Shown here in pieces: positions 1 through 12,270 of a DNA stretch of 64,000 nt; within the stretch, counting starts at the first letter, position 1, and each line of letters starts with the position of its first letter. The DNA is taken from assembly GCA_964016885.1 (NCBI GenBank), contig OZ024741.1:392336001-392400000 (forward strand), in the 5' to 3' direction. Both the position numbers and the translations under genes were made by a program. The notes beneath the pieces are model-generated. The model ran no database searches and was not told where the DNA came from. It was given only the letters and a program-made list of their open reading frames with translations. The stretch is from Eledone cirrhosa (Eukaryota).

Positions 1-76
1 TGCTGAATAGGACCCGTCCAACCCTTGCAAGCAGGAAAAAGCGGACGTAAAATGATGATGATGATGATGATGATGA
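1..76 (+). mobile_element. 3' tail of RTE-clade LINE ending in (GAT)n
   Basis: Same tail as 42000-42075 and 34245-34327 (tgctgaata.gacc.g...gcaagcagg.aaaag.ggacgtaaaatgatgatg). Confidence 0.8.
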
Positions 77-216
77 TATATATATATATAATCTGAGTTT
101 TTCGAATATTAATAATAACATTCGATTCGCTTGCCATTATGCAAACAAGCCTCATTTTTAAAGCCATGTCAGTAGAATGAACCTTTCAGTCTGGCTCTTG
201 TGTTGGCATGTAAACA

Positions 217-266
217 GAACTGCAGGCACTAATGTTTCTGGGTATCACCCTTCATCAGTACAGCTC
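217..266 (-). ncRNA. Mirror hammerhead copy, probably inactive
   Basis: Minus strand reads gagctgta CTGATGA agggtgataccca GAAA cattagt GCC tgcagttc; the triplet is GCC rather than GTC. Confidence 0.65.
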
Positions 267-502
267 ACTGTTCACCTGCCAACTGTCAGAGATAGTGAAA
301 ATATATATATATTTCTAAAATATACAGTGACTGATTGGCCTGATTTGCATATTAGCAGACTGGCTTATCAGTCAGATCTACATATTAGCAGATCCACTGA
401 TCAGCCAGATTTGCATATCAGCAGACTGGCCAGTCAGTTTCCTGTATATTTTAGAAAATAGCATACATTTTCACTAGCTCTGACAGTTGGCAGGTGAACA
501 GT

Positions 503-549
503 GAACTGTACTGATGAAGGGTGATACCCAGAAACAGTGTCTGCAGTTC
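503..549 (+). ncRNA. Type I minimal hammerhead ribozyme motif
   Basis: Stem I gaactgta/tgcagttc; core CTGATGA 511-517; stem II gggt-gat-accc; GAAA 531-534; stem III AC-agt-GT; predicted cleavage after GTC at 541. Confidence 0.8.
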
Positions 550-898
550 TGTTTACATGCCAAGACAAGAGAAAGAATGAATGGTTCATTCTACTGATAT
601 GGCTTTAAAAATGAGGCTTGTTTGCATAATTGCAAACAGATCAAATGTTATTATTAATATTTGAAAAACTTAGATTACATTTATTGTATTCAGCCTTGTA
701 GAGCGAAATTTTTTTAATATATATAGTAAAGTTTCAGAAGATCCTGTTAAGGGTGAAAGTAGTGATTCTTTGCTTAAACTTTAATTTGTTATTTTAATAA
801 ATAAATAAATATATATATATACACCCACATATTTATTCAATCTAAATTATTTCTTTATTTAAATATATATATATATATATTGACTGGGTTAAAGTATC

Positions 899-963
<65 letters not shown>

Positions 964-1169
964 CATTTATTTTGTTTGACCTGTTTAGCTTGATTTGTTT
1001 TTTGGCTTAGGTGGTTAATGCCTTCTTGACCACTTTTTCAGTTTGTATGGCGTTTTAACATATTGTTTAGCTCTAGTTTTTTAACTATTGGAGCGCTTGC
1101 CAGCATTTTTATGATTTTGCATTTCGTTTCGCTTTTCTACCATCCGAAATACGATTCTCGTTGAATTTA

Positions 1170-1224
<55 letters not shown>

Positions 1225-1256
1225 TATCATATATATATTGACTAGGTTAAAGTATC

Positions 1257-1317
<61 letters not shown>

Positions 1318-1624
1318 TAAACGGAATAGAAAATGCTGACAAATTGTTCACAGTTGAAAAATGGTTTAATTAGGAATAAAAGAGTATTAGTGATTGTATG
1401 GGTTAGTATTCAGTTGTAGTTTTAAGTTTTTAAGTTTTTACCGGTTGCGCATTTCTAAATGCTTTTCAAAAATAATTTTGAGATAGAGTGTCCGTGTTGT
1501 TTGCTCTGATCAGAGCAAATACCATCAAATCTTAAATAGATCAACAGTTAAATTCTCCTACTCAACAACCAAAAACATAAAACAAAATATAAGTGCCTAT
1601 AATGCATATAAATGTAAAAAAACC

Positions 1625-2086
1625 ATGAGTATACCACCAGTACATCAAACTAACCATAATATCTCCTCAGATACAGGATTCACGAAAAGTTGTAACTGTA
1701 GAAACAAGGCAAACTGTCCATTAAAAGGAAATTGCCTTGTTAATAACATAGTATATAAATGTAAAGTTAACACTAAGGACTCAATTTATTCATATATAGG
1801 AGCTACCTCTAACAAATTTAAGGTAAGATTTAATACCCACAAACATAGTTTTAAAAATGCCGCACTAGCTAATACAACATCTCTAGCTGAAATAATTAAT
1901 AGTTATAGAAAGAGGAATATAGATTATGACCTGACCCAAAATAGTAGATATGAATGTAGATTATGTTCCCAAGAACTTTTTGAAATAATGAAATCTAAGG
2001 ATATCCTATTAAATAAGCGACAGGAATTAATAATATCGTGTAATCATAAACTGAGAAAAACCTTTAAATATTATAAACCTAATTAA
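1625..2086 (+). pseudogene. GIY-YIG endonuclease domain of a PLE (internally deleted remnant)
   Basis: VY...YIG motifs with Cys/His clusters; RT domain absent. Confidence 0.85.
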
Positions 2087-3275
2087 TATACACTTTAGAA
2101 TTTAATATATAAACTATTTTTAATTTAGTTAACCTATAATTAATATTCTACTACTGATGAACTACATAATTCTGCTTTAAATATTATAAACCTAATTAAT
2201 ATACACTTTAGAAATTAATATATAAACTATTTTTAATTTAGTTAACCTATAATTAATATTCTACTACTGATGAACTACATAATTTTGCTTTCCTTCTTAC
2301 AACTATCATTTCCTAAAACTGATACCATTAAGTAAACATATATAATGCTTTAACTTCAGGTTATGACTCTATGTTCCTTGAAAACTATATATATTTATTA
2401 TTTCTCACTAATAAATTTAATTCCCCCCCCCCCCCCCCAATAATTATATGTATAAGTAAGTGTGTATGTGTGTATATATATGTATGTATGTATGTATATA
2501 TGCATGTATATATGCATGTATATGTATATATATATATATATATGTATATGTGTATATATATGTGTATATATATGTGTGTATATGTGTGTGTGTATGTGTA
2601 TATATATGTGTATATATATATATATAAGTATATATATATATTATTTTTATATTCTTTTAATTTCCCCTCATCTTTAACACCACTTTTCAACTGCATCTAA
2701 CTCTTATTTATCATATCTATATGTATTAGTATAATTTTATCAATATAGATATACCCATCAATTAAATTAATTTATATTCTTTTCATAGGTGTATTTTTTT
2801 CACTAACATTCTTATCGTAAAACTTTAGTCACCTTAGATATTTGTATTGGCATTACTATTTTATAACAGCAACTGCTTGTATACCTTTTACTGACCACCT
2901 GACCTATTTTCACCCCTAAAATAAGCTTCAATTACTACTATTTTACCATTTGGCCAATTATTAACTTTCTATTGGTTAATTCTAAACCTCTTACCAAACA
3001 GACAGAATATATTAGATCTTTGTTGGTTTTATTCAATGAACAAATAAAATTATTTCTGAGGTCAGCATAAGACCTATTTCTTCCCTAAAATAATCCTTCA
3101 TTCATAATATTCTTTTCCTTCCAAAACTGAAATCTACCTTCCTCTACCCATAATTTAAGGTTCTTCTACTACTATATTACTACCTTGACCCTCACTATCT
3201 CTCTATTGGTCAATTCAAAACCTGTTCCCAAACAGACCTATTGTATTGAATCTTTGTTTTTTCAATAAACAAATA

Positions 3276-3417
3276 TCATTATTTCTGAAGACAGCATATA
3301 TATGTGTAGGTATGTATATTCCCTCTGATAGTTTGTATAAATATTGTACATAGATCTATAGAATATGCATACCAACTCTAACACATATATATCCTAGAAA
3401 CGATCGTAAAATGATGA
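3276..3417 (+). ncRNA. Type I hammerhead motif with ~105-nt stem II
   Basis: Stem I tcattattt/aaatgatga; CTGAAGA 3285-3291; stem II atatatatgtgt/acacatatatat and ggtatgtatattc/gaatatgcatacc; GAAA 3397-3400; palindromic ACGATCGT; GTA triplet ends at 3408. Confidence 0.7.
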
Positions 3418-3467
3418 ATTTTTTTTAATATAAGGAACTGTTTCTTTGTTTATTCATTATTTTATTA

Positions 3468-3535
<68 letters not shown>

Positions 3536-4009
3536 TATATATATATATATATTGACTAGATTAAAGTATCAACTATATATATATATATAAAAACAGATGT
3601 TTTATTCACAACTTACAGAGTTTGATGATACTCCAATGAGAACTGGTCAGCATATTCTATACCACTATACCACTATACCACTCTCTCTCTCCCCCTCTCT
3701 CTATATATATTTCTATCCATCCATCCACCTAATTCCCATGTATGAGACCTCTTTCATCCTTGCAGTCCCCACATTGCTGATTTCCTCTGTAAGGTTGGAA
3801 ACTTGGTGGCCCACTTGAGTAGGGTGCCATGTCAGCTTGGATGGCTGTTGCAGTGGGTGTCTCTGGCCATTTTCCACACTAACAATTTTGCTGTTTTGTC
3901 CACAGGGTCTACCACTCCGACTTGGGTGTAATGTCTGTCCCTCCTCCCCCTCTCATTTAATATATTCCATATGTTTCTTACCTTGAAAAAATAAAAAAGT
4001 ATGTATGTA

Positions 4010-4522
4010 TGTGGTACTCGTAAAATGTAACCCAGTACAACCTGTCCCATGGTCGGGTCATCAGCGACTAAACTGGCAACCCCACCAAGCTGGCTTGGTG
4101 AGGAGGGTGATATTTGGACACCCTGTGGGATCTAATACAAGACCCGGCAAAGGGCGGAGGAACTCAGCAGAGTCAATGGCCATCGAAATAGTACTTTTTT
4201 TTTTTCTAACCTGGGAGTGAAAGGCCCCCAGTTGTTGTCACAACACCTTTCTAGGAGAGGGAAACTCTGAAAAAAAAACCTGCGGCTTCAGAAGCATCCG
4301 ATGATGTTGATCAGTTCTCCTTTACGGGTAGTATTTTTGATGCTCAGAGAGTGGGATTAGTCAAGTGCAAGGCCTTTCCCCACTTAAAAAAACCTTCAAA
4401 GTACAGGCATTGCTTGTTAAGGATATGTTACAGGATAGTGTGGCTGGCCATAGCCTAAAAGTGCACCAAATTCTATAATCTGACAAGTGATTGTAGTACT
4501 CTTAGCAGAGTTTGCAGCCATC
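4010..4522 (+). mobile_element. Putative 5' UTR fragment of an RTE-clade LINE
   Basis: GC-richer block bounded by microsatellites, containing ctaggagagggaaactctga..aaacc, which resembles RTE 5' regions; its end ttagcagagtttgcagccatca recurs at ~19103. Confidence 0.4.
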
Positions 4523-6058
4523 ATATATGTATGTATGTATGTGTACCTAAATGAACAATATAGTATTTCAAACAAATCTGACAATCTCTATCTTGTCAAT
4601 CTTTTTGTTGCATTTCATTTCTGACATTGTTTTTGCTTTTGTTTCCATTTTGGTTTATCTAACATTGCCTTGAACAGCACACAACTACAAAACTTACAAT
4701 ATGTATATCTATATACATACACACATACATGCATATACAAATTTAGACACAGGCACATGCATATATAAATTTGTATATGTGTATATACACGCACACACAT
4801 CCACACCCCTACACACATTCACACACAGACACACATAGGAATGGACCTCTGTTGTTTTCAATGGTGAGTGTTTCAATGGAACAACCTGCTCATGAAATTA
4901 CCATGCAAGTGACTGAGCACTCCATGTATCCTTAACAGGGAGATTCAGTGGGACAGTGTGTCAGAAAGATGGCTCTTTGAATTATTTTTGGTTATAGGTA
5001 CAGTTAATCCAACAGACCCAAACAGATTCTGTCTACCCAAGTTCACGTACAAGGCATGGGTTGACCTGAGGCTATGGTAAATGACACTTGCCTAAGATGC
5101 CATCCTGTGGAATCGAATCCAAGACCTAATGATTGCAAAATGATCTTTTAACAATGGCTATGCTGCATCCACACACACACACACATATATATATATAGAT
5201 GCATAGATAGATAGATACCCCCTCCCCACACACACATGCACACACAACTATAAAACCATCACTCACAATTGAGTATGATTTGGTAGTATGCTTTCATTCA
5301 AGGTTTCAGGTGCCCGTGTAGTCACAAGCAAACACAAACACCCTCTCAAGCCTCTCTCCAATGATTAAGCAAAACATCCAGGGTATGACATTTGGAAGGA
5401 GAGAGGACTGCACCTGTATTGGGCTGGTACTTCTTTTATTAATCCCAAAAGGCAGGATTTGAACTCGGAACTCAGTTCTTATGAATCTGCTATATAGATC
5501 TAAATTTGTATTTGTATGCATGTCTATATGTGTGCATGTGTATCTATAAATGTGTGTGTACAAACACACACACATACACATATTAATATTTATATATATA
5601 TACACACATTAATATATATACATACACACACAATTATAGCCAGTGTAAAACACACAAAAACTATTGTTCTCTTTTCCTTTATTTCTTGGTATTGCAAAGT
5701 GGAATTGTGTTACTGATCAGATAGAAGTGAAATAAATACTTCACATTTCATAATAGACAATACTAACTAAGAAATAAATCAACAGGTCATATAACTTTAT
5801 TCATAAATGGCTAAAATATGTATATCTTCTAATTGTTCCAGTTTGATCATATAGACTTAGGTAAAGGATAACTTCAAAATATGCCTAATTTGCTCTTTGT
5901 TTTTTTAGAATAATTTACACTTTTCATTAGATAGAATGTAAAATCTTATAGTGAAATCTGCATTCCATACACTGCACACACACAATCATATATATATATA
6001 TATATATATATATAATGCTGTAAAAGATTAATTGAAGGAAAAGAAAATATAATTTTAC

Positions 6059-6124
6059 CAAGAATGATTCTGATGATGTAATATTTTTCATTTTCAAGAA
6101 TATATCAAAGAACTTTAAAATCAT
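6059..6124 (-). CDS. RyR: RyR exon MILKFFDIFLKMKNITSSESFL
   Basis: ccag acceptor, gtaaaa donor, 66 nt; precedes the EF-hand exon, which I did not find in the window. Confidence 0.95.
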
Positions 6125-6547
6125 CTGGAAAAAAAAAAGAAAAATGAATACATAATATAGGGCGAGACAGGAGTTATTAATTCTATCAAATAATAGTGCA
6201 TTAGATATTATTCACAATTTTTATTGGTAATTTGTTCTAGTTTGATGGTATAGGATCATTGGCTGAGAAGTTATATTAATATCTATTTGCTGTTTCTCTT
6301 AACATTTTGCTGGTATTTGTTGTAATTTATAATATTGATTTGTAACAGATACAAAGTTACATATTTTGGAGCTGACATATAGTTATCTATATCTTACCAG
6401 TACACATTGATATTTATTTCTTCCACTCTGGATGGATGATAGGCAAAATAAGAATGCAAAGATGTGTAACTAAACAGTGCATGGTATCCATTAAGAATTC
6501 TTGCTGATATTTGTAATATTACTAAATTTCAGTTATTGTTAAGATGA

Positions 6548-6728
6548 TAATTGTTTCTACTTTTGGCACAAGGCCAGCAATTATCCCAGTGCATTACTGG
6601 TACTTTATTTTATCGACCCCGTAAGGATAAAAGGCAAAGTTAACCTCGGTGGGATTTGAACTCATAATGGCAAGGGCCGTAATTCTATGCATCAAAGCAT
6701 GGCGTCCGACCCTCTACCGATACTGCCA
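6548..6728 (-). mobile_element. SINE (gcctttcatcc..ggggtcgataaaa..aagtaccag family)
   Basis: Homologous to 63292-63478, 56942-57136 and 17444-17652; flanked by the direct repeat aagatgataattgt (TSD). Confidence 0.8.
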
Positions 6729-7150
6729 AAAGATGATAATTGTCATCAAGTTCAACCAAATGTTTGCAGACAATAATGATAATATCTTTTTTTTTTGTAG
6801 TAGCTGCAGATATGATAATAGTTATTTCTAAACCTTAGTACTTGAGTGATACTTATTTTATCAACTCTAGACAGATGAAAAGCAAAGTCAAATTTGGCAT
6901 GGTTTGAAGATTATAAAAATAAACACATGGCTAGGAATTTAAACAACAGTGAAAGTAAATAAAAAATATACCTTGATTGAAGCCTAAAAATTGTGAAGAC
7001 ATTGTGAAAATTTTATCAACCAAATTGCAGAATAATTCCAATTTTACTGTGGATTACATTTTGTTAAATGGAGAACAAATTAAAAAAATGTATTTGATAA
7101 AATTGAGGCCAGTGCCTTTTTAGGAACTTAAAAATTATTTATTCTCTTAC

Positions 7151-7221
7151 CTCCACATTTCCAGAAGATTCCACAAGTGTGTCTACCATTTGTTTACCAA
7201 TTGGTCCATGCATAACGTTAC
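7151..7221 (-). CDS. RyR: RyR exon (G)NVMHGPIGKQMVDTLVESSGNVE
   Basis: ctag acceptor, gtaaga donor, 71 nt, phase 1/0; IGKQMVD.LVESS.NVE motif. Confidence 0.96.
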
Positions 7222-7833
7222 CTAGAATAAAATATAATTTACAATTAAAATTAATATCCTAACCCATTGAGTTACTTCAATTTCTTTTCATGCTATTTTA
7301 TAACTGAATTGTAGATTCTTTATCAAAATTATTGAAAAATGCTTTTTTCAAAATACAAATATCTTTCATCAACCTGAAATATGTATTTTTAAAAATATTT
7401 TTCCATTCATCCTCTGACTAATGTTATATATAGAAACATGGACATAAAAATGTTGTTGATGATGATGATTTCTTTTTCACTGTCAGTTTATATATGTATT
7501 CAGTAAAATGGAAGAAGTTCTACCCATCCTACTTTTTTATTTTTTTTATTTATTTATTTTTTTATTCAAGCCTAGTATGTCTATGACTAGATTAGCCAAT
7601 GTGTTCTTCCTCTCGTAAGTGTAATCTGAAGAAAATTTAGCAGCTATTTCTAGTAAGCCAATTAATAATATAGAGGCTTAACTGTTGGCTAGTCCATATA
7701 TAAGTAGAATAGTATTGTACAATGATAAGGTAAATAAAAATAATTGTTTCTACTTTAGGCACAATGCCAGCAATTACCCAGTGCATTACTGGTACTTTAA
7801 GGTAAATAAAAATAATGAAATCAATACACATAC

Positions 7834-7915
7834 CTTCAAGCATTGAAAGAAGCATGATCATCATTTCCTTTTGCAAGTTCATGAATTCACGCAATAATTC
7901 CAATTGTTCAAAATC
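7834..7915 (-). CDS. RyR: RyR exon DFEQLELLREFMNLQKEMMIMLLSMLE(G)
   Basis: caag acceptor, gtatgt donor, 82 nt, phase 0/1. Confidence 0.95.
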
Positions 7916-8301
7916 CTTGATAAAATTACAGCAAAAGAAAATTGTGAAAATAACAGTAACACCTATTTTGGCATCTTGATAAAAAAATTGAGTTTTTTAT
8001 ATATTGTTCAAAGTTAGTTAATTTAGAGAAATTTAGATTTAGAAACATTTACAATATGGAAGAAAATATGACATTTTAAATGTAAGTATGCCTACAATTC
8101 TAAATTATAAGCTTAGCTGTAAAATGTAAATAAATGTAAACATATTTTTTATATCTCTGTGTGATCAGAGAAGTATTAAGATTGTTCTTATTAGTTTCAT
8201 TTCTATTTGGAAAGTCATTAGAGAAGATGTAACTCTATTTACTATGACCAGAGAGATTGATAATTTATATCTATTTATGTAAAATATAAACTCAGCTGAG
8301 A

Positions 8302-8820
8302 TCATCATCATCATTGTTTAATGTCCATTTTCCACACTTGCATGGGTTAGAGGGGTTGCCATGTTATGAGACAAGTCAGGTCTGGAGACCAAGTTTTGCT
8401 CTTATGGATCTATATTTTGGCCTGGTTCTATGGCTGGATGCCCTTCCTAACATCAACCACATTACAGTGTGGACTGTGCTTTTTATTTTGGCACCAAAAA
8501 TAACCACCTTACAGGGTGAACTGGGTGCTTTTTGTGTCACCAGCACAAATACCTTACAGGATGGACTGGGTGCTTTTGTTGCTGTGGTGCCAGGTCAGCA
8601 TACAGGGTGGACTTTGTGCTTTTTGTCATGGCATTGCATTGTGGGAAGTCAGATGCGGAATGTGTCCAGCTTTCATGGGCTGGGCAGGTGAAGTGAATCA
8701 GTGAGGAGGGTGGGGGGGGGGAGGATTTAGGTAAGTGAATTTGACATTGATTAGGTGTGTGGGACATTTTGCAGGTGTGAGCAGGATATTAAGGCAGAGG
8801 TGGGGGCGGGGGTGAGGGTT
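8302..8820 (-). mobile_element. Old RTE 3' UTR remnant
   Basis: (CAT)n, ggctggatgcccttcctaac and ctgggtgctttt repeats shared with the RTE tails. Confidence 0.65.
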
Positions 8821-9083
8821 AATTTAATAAATGTACATTTGTTGACAATGTGGTTAATTAATTAATTGACTGATTAATTATTTTATAAACAATATTGTAT
8901 AAATTGTATAATCTGAAAATTTCAATGTAAGTATACAAACAATTTCTAAATAAAAGCCTTGCTGTGAAATACAAGCAAATGTAAACTAGCTTTTAAAAAC
9001 GAAAATGTAAATTAATTTGCTGAATATTATTAGAGCCAAACCAATAAAGTATAATTAAAATATAAAAGAGAAAAAACACTCAC

Positions 9084-9188
9084 TTTAGATAACTTGTCTT
9101 GCATTTGGGCAAATATATAAAGAAACCCACCAACAGCATCCCACAGCCTACTGTGGGCTAAGGCCAATTGGTTTTGGGCACATGGACC
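9084..9188 (-). CDS. RyR: RyR exon [35 protein letters not shown]
   Basis: acag acceptor, gtgagt donor, 105 nt. Confidence 0.97.
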
Positions 9189-10239
9189 CTGTTACAAATA
9201 AAAATAAAAAATACAAAAGATGACTTTAATACTAAAATTTTAAGGAAACATGTACCATATATATGTGTATATAAAGTGCAGAGGCAAACATAACTAATAT
9301 ATTCAGGAGAATTACCAAAATGAATGCACTGTAGTTCCAGCTTGATACTTTTTTGTATTGTATTTATACTTGCTTTCATATTTAATTTAAACAGATAATC
9401 TCCATTTAATAGTCAAATAATCCCAACAAACTGTAATTTAAATTAAATGTACTATATGATATTTAGAACTAACAGTAGAACAGTATGCATTTCATCCCAT
9501 GAAGTAAGATTAAAGTAATATTGTAAAACTGTAAACCCTGGGGAGACAGAGAAATTAGGCATAGTTGGTTATTTGTGAAGAGGAAAAGTGTGTCAACAAC
9601 TATTGTGGAACAAAGTCAAGTTAATAGATAGGGAACAAACTGAAAGATAAAATTATTGAAAGAATCAGTATGTATCCTAGCATCGACAGCCTAGCATATA
9701 TACAAACATCACATGGAAGCTTTTACATAGGGAAAAAAGAAAACCATAAAAAAGTTAGGTTTAAAGTGACCCAGAGTTTAGGGCGTTGGGTTCATGATTA
9801 TAAAAACATGAGTTCAATTCCCGGACCAAGTGGCATTTTGTATTGTTGAGCAAAACACATTGTTTTCTGCTGCTCCAGTCTACTAAGCTGGAAAAATAAG
9901 TAGCTACAGATGGGAGATAACCGAGAAATAGACTGGTTTCCCATCTCAGTTGCTTAATGCAAATGAAACCAGGGTGTCTGGTTTGGGACAGACTTAACAC
10001 ACACATATGATGATGGAGTTTCCTGTTGAAAACAATGGAAGAACATTTGATTGATCAACTGGATGACCTAGTCATTAAATTACCATGTAAAGTGACTGAG
10101 TATTCCTCAGACAGATGTGTCTTTAACCTAATTCTCAAGTAGAATCAACATGAAATAATGTGACAAGGCTGGACCATTGATTTACAGGTACAATCCATCC
10201 AATGACTTCCACACAGTTTCCATCTACCCAATTTGAAGC

Positions 10240-10968
10240 ACAATTCTTAGCTTGTCTCTGTCTCTCATTATTGCTGCCATGTCCTGCGTCTCCAAGAGAC
10301 CAGTGTCTGTCCTTAGGGCATCAACATATGTTAACCTCGGTCTTCCTCTTCCAGTGTGTCCATGCATGGACTCCCACAGGAGCACTGAGTGCAGTGTCAA
10401 CTCTGGATATCAGTGAGCATGTCCAGCTAACCTCAGTCTCCTCTGTCACTTTTAAACTGACTTTTGGGAGGCTTCCATACAGCTCTGAGTTCTTCAGTGC
10501 ATACTGATTAATGTTCAGAGCCATCCTCAGCATTCTTGTGTAGCACCCATCCACCATCTGAGTGAGAATCTTGGTCAGTGTCCAAGTCTCAGACCCGTAC
10601 AGCAGCACAGACTCCACTACAGCAACAAAGAGGCGGATCTTCAGGTCTTTACGAAGGTCCGACTTCCACACCGATCTCAAGCTGCGGCATGCCACCCAGG
10701 CTTTGCTCTTCCTCTCGACCGCATCATCTTCCATATTCCCAATCTTTGCTCCCAAATACAGGAAGTCCTCAACCAATTCTAGCAGCTTCCCACCTACATT
10801 AGTAATCTTCTCTGGCTTCTTAATATTCTCTACCAGATATTTTGTCTTAATCGCATTCATTCTCATCCCCACACTCATCGACACAGTCTCCACCTCCTGC
10901 ATCAACTCCTCTGCCTCCTTCACTGTGTTTGTCACCAAAACTATGTCATTGGCAAATTCAGCATCTGA
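10240..10968 (-). mobile_element. RTE/RTE-X-like LINE fragment (RT C-terminal part)
   Basis: ORF 10321-11049 has FANDIVL, FLYLG, KIRLF.A.VESVLLYGSETW and TRMLR.AL. Confidence 0.85.
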
Positions 10969-11045
10969 TATAATAAAATGTTGTAGTTTGCTTGAAGCAT
11001 AGTATATAATATAAAATGTGGAAAGTAATATAAAATAATTATGAT

Positions 11046-11731
11046 GCAAAATGAACTGCCAGATGAGGTAACGAAAAAGTAAGTTACTTGGTAATCTTTG
11101 TTTTTTTATTGCTGTTGTTTCCTTTGACCTAATATTTCAGGATTTAAAATTCCCTTCTTCAGAGTATAAGGAATTCTCACCCACATTAAAGAACACCCCA
11201 ACATACATGCATTCTCATTAAAAAAACACATTGACAAATTCAGAAACACCAACAAAAGATAACAGTTACTATTGAAGCCAGAGAAAGAAATGTGGGCAAC
11301 TTAAGAACTAAGGAAGCCTTGCTCATACGTAGGCTCAACCCACAAATAAATAACAGATTAGAACTCAGCACACAATACTTGACATAAAAAACCCACCCAC
11401 ATATACACACGCAACATAAACAACATCTAATACAAAAAATAAAAGAAAGAAAGAAAATTGATTCGATGAAATACTATATTGGTAATTGACGTCATTCTTC
11501 TCATAAATAACAAAATAACCGTCAAACAATGCTGGAAAGCAGTTTATAAGATTTAAATCTAAATTTGATTCCAAAGAGCAGAAACCGGAACATATTTCTC
11601 TGAGAGTTCCTTATATCCTGAAGAAGGTAATTTTAAGTCCTGTAATAAAGAAACAACAGCAACAAAAAAACAAAACAAAGATTATCAGGTAACTTACTGT
11701 TTTGTTACCTCATCTTACAGTCCATTTTGCA
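11046..11731 (+). mobile_element. Truncated PLE with inverted terminal segments
   Basis: 11046-11180 is inverted relative to ~11600-11731; internal GIY-YIG C-terminus ITVTIEARERNVGNLRTKEALLIRRLNPQINNR; degenerate CTGAAGA...GAAA motif in the repeats. Confidence 0.75.
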
Positions 11732-11776
11732 TTGTTTAGCCTTATATCACTTTCCACACTATACATACATATATAG

Positions 11777-11947
11777 ATGAAAAGAGTCACGACCCCGACG
11801 GCTGAGCTCCAGCCGTTTCAACAGCTAGATCTGAACTAAGCCGTTGGGGTCCTGACTCTTTTCATATTACCCACTCTACTACCCTAAGTATTGAGTACTT
11901 GGTGCGTTATGGTCCACCTGGTATCTTACCACACCCTCTTTGTCATG
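11777..11947 (+). mobile_element. Hairpin-capped short element (family shared with 33911-34112)
   Basis: Hairpin 11777-11865 plus tail attacccactctactaccctaagtattgagtact, which recurs after 34034. Confidence 0.7.
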
Positions 11948-12067
11948 TATATATATATATAGCCTTTTAAAACTTTAAAACAAGTAAGTTTAGTGAAAAC
12001 ATGATTTCATACAATTGAAATTGAATAAAAATTATATTTAAGAAATTCTTTAATTATATAGTCTTAC

Positions 12068-12196
12068 CTGAATATACTCTGTGAGGGATCTAAACACATA
12101 TTTAGCTACCATAATGGCTCGGCAAAAGTTAGCCTTTCCAGCAGGATCAATTAAATCTTTACCAGAATAATGCCAGTAGAAGTCCATAATAGATTC
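12068..12196 (-). CDS. RyR: RyR exon [43 protein letters not shown]
   Basis: caag acceptor, gtaaga donor, 129 nt. Confidence 0.97.
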
Positions 12197-12270
12197 CTTG
12201 AAAAGCAATAAGAAAATATTTTAGAATAATTTCTATGAAATTTAGTCCATAATTTGCAAAATTATATCTA

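Larger units (their letters stand above)
90..676. mobile_element. Fold-back element (about 235-bp inverted arms), probably inverted PLE pseudo-LTR pair
   Basis: 90-325 is the imperfect reverse complement of about 445-676; the centre (330-437) has three ~33-bp repeats; each arm has a hammerhead motif. Confidence 0.75.
1520..3470 (+). mobile_element. 5'-truncated Penelope-like element (Naiad-like GIY-YIG endonuclease plus 3' region)
   Basis: Upstream HQILNRSTVKFSYS; ORF 1625-2086 has CNCRNKANCPLKGNCL..IVYK..YIG.T...FK.RF..HK.SF..CRLC..E..LLNKRQE..SCNH; tandem duplication ~2063-2290; hammerhead at the 3' end; flanked by (TA)n. Confidence 0.85.

Noticed and set aside
725-775. cagaaga tcctgttaaggg tgaaa, a hammerhead-like remnant
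   Set aside because: Core and cleavage triplet are too degenerate to call.
2155-2275. Two ctgatga motifs in the PLE tandem duplication
   Set aside because: No stem II/GAAA or stem I pairing.
2371-2700. YIYI/VCVC-type ORFs here and at 19123, 24974-26390, 34190-34722, 44933 and 45709
   Set aside because: Translations of (TA)n, (CA)n and (AG)n microsatellites.
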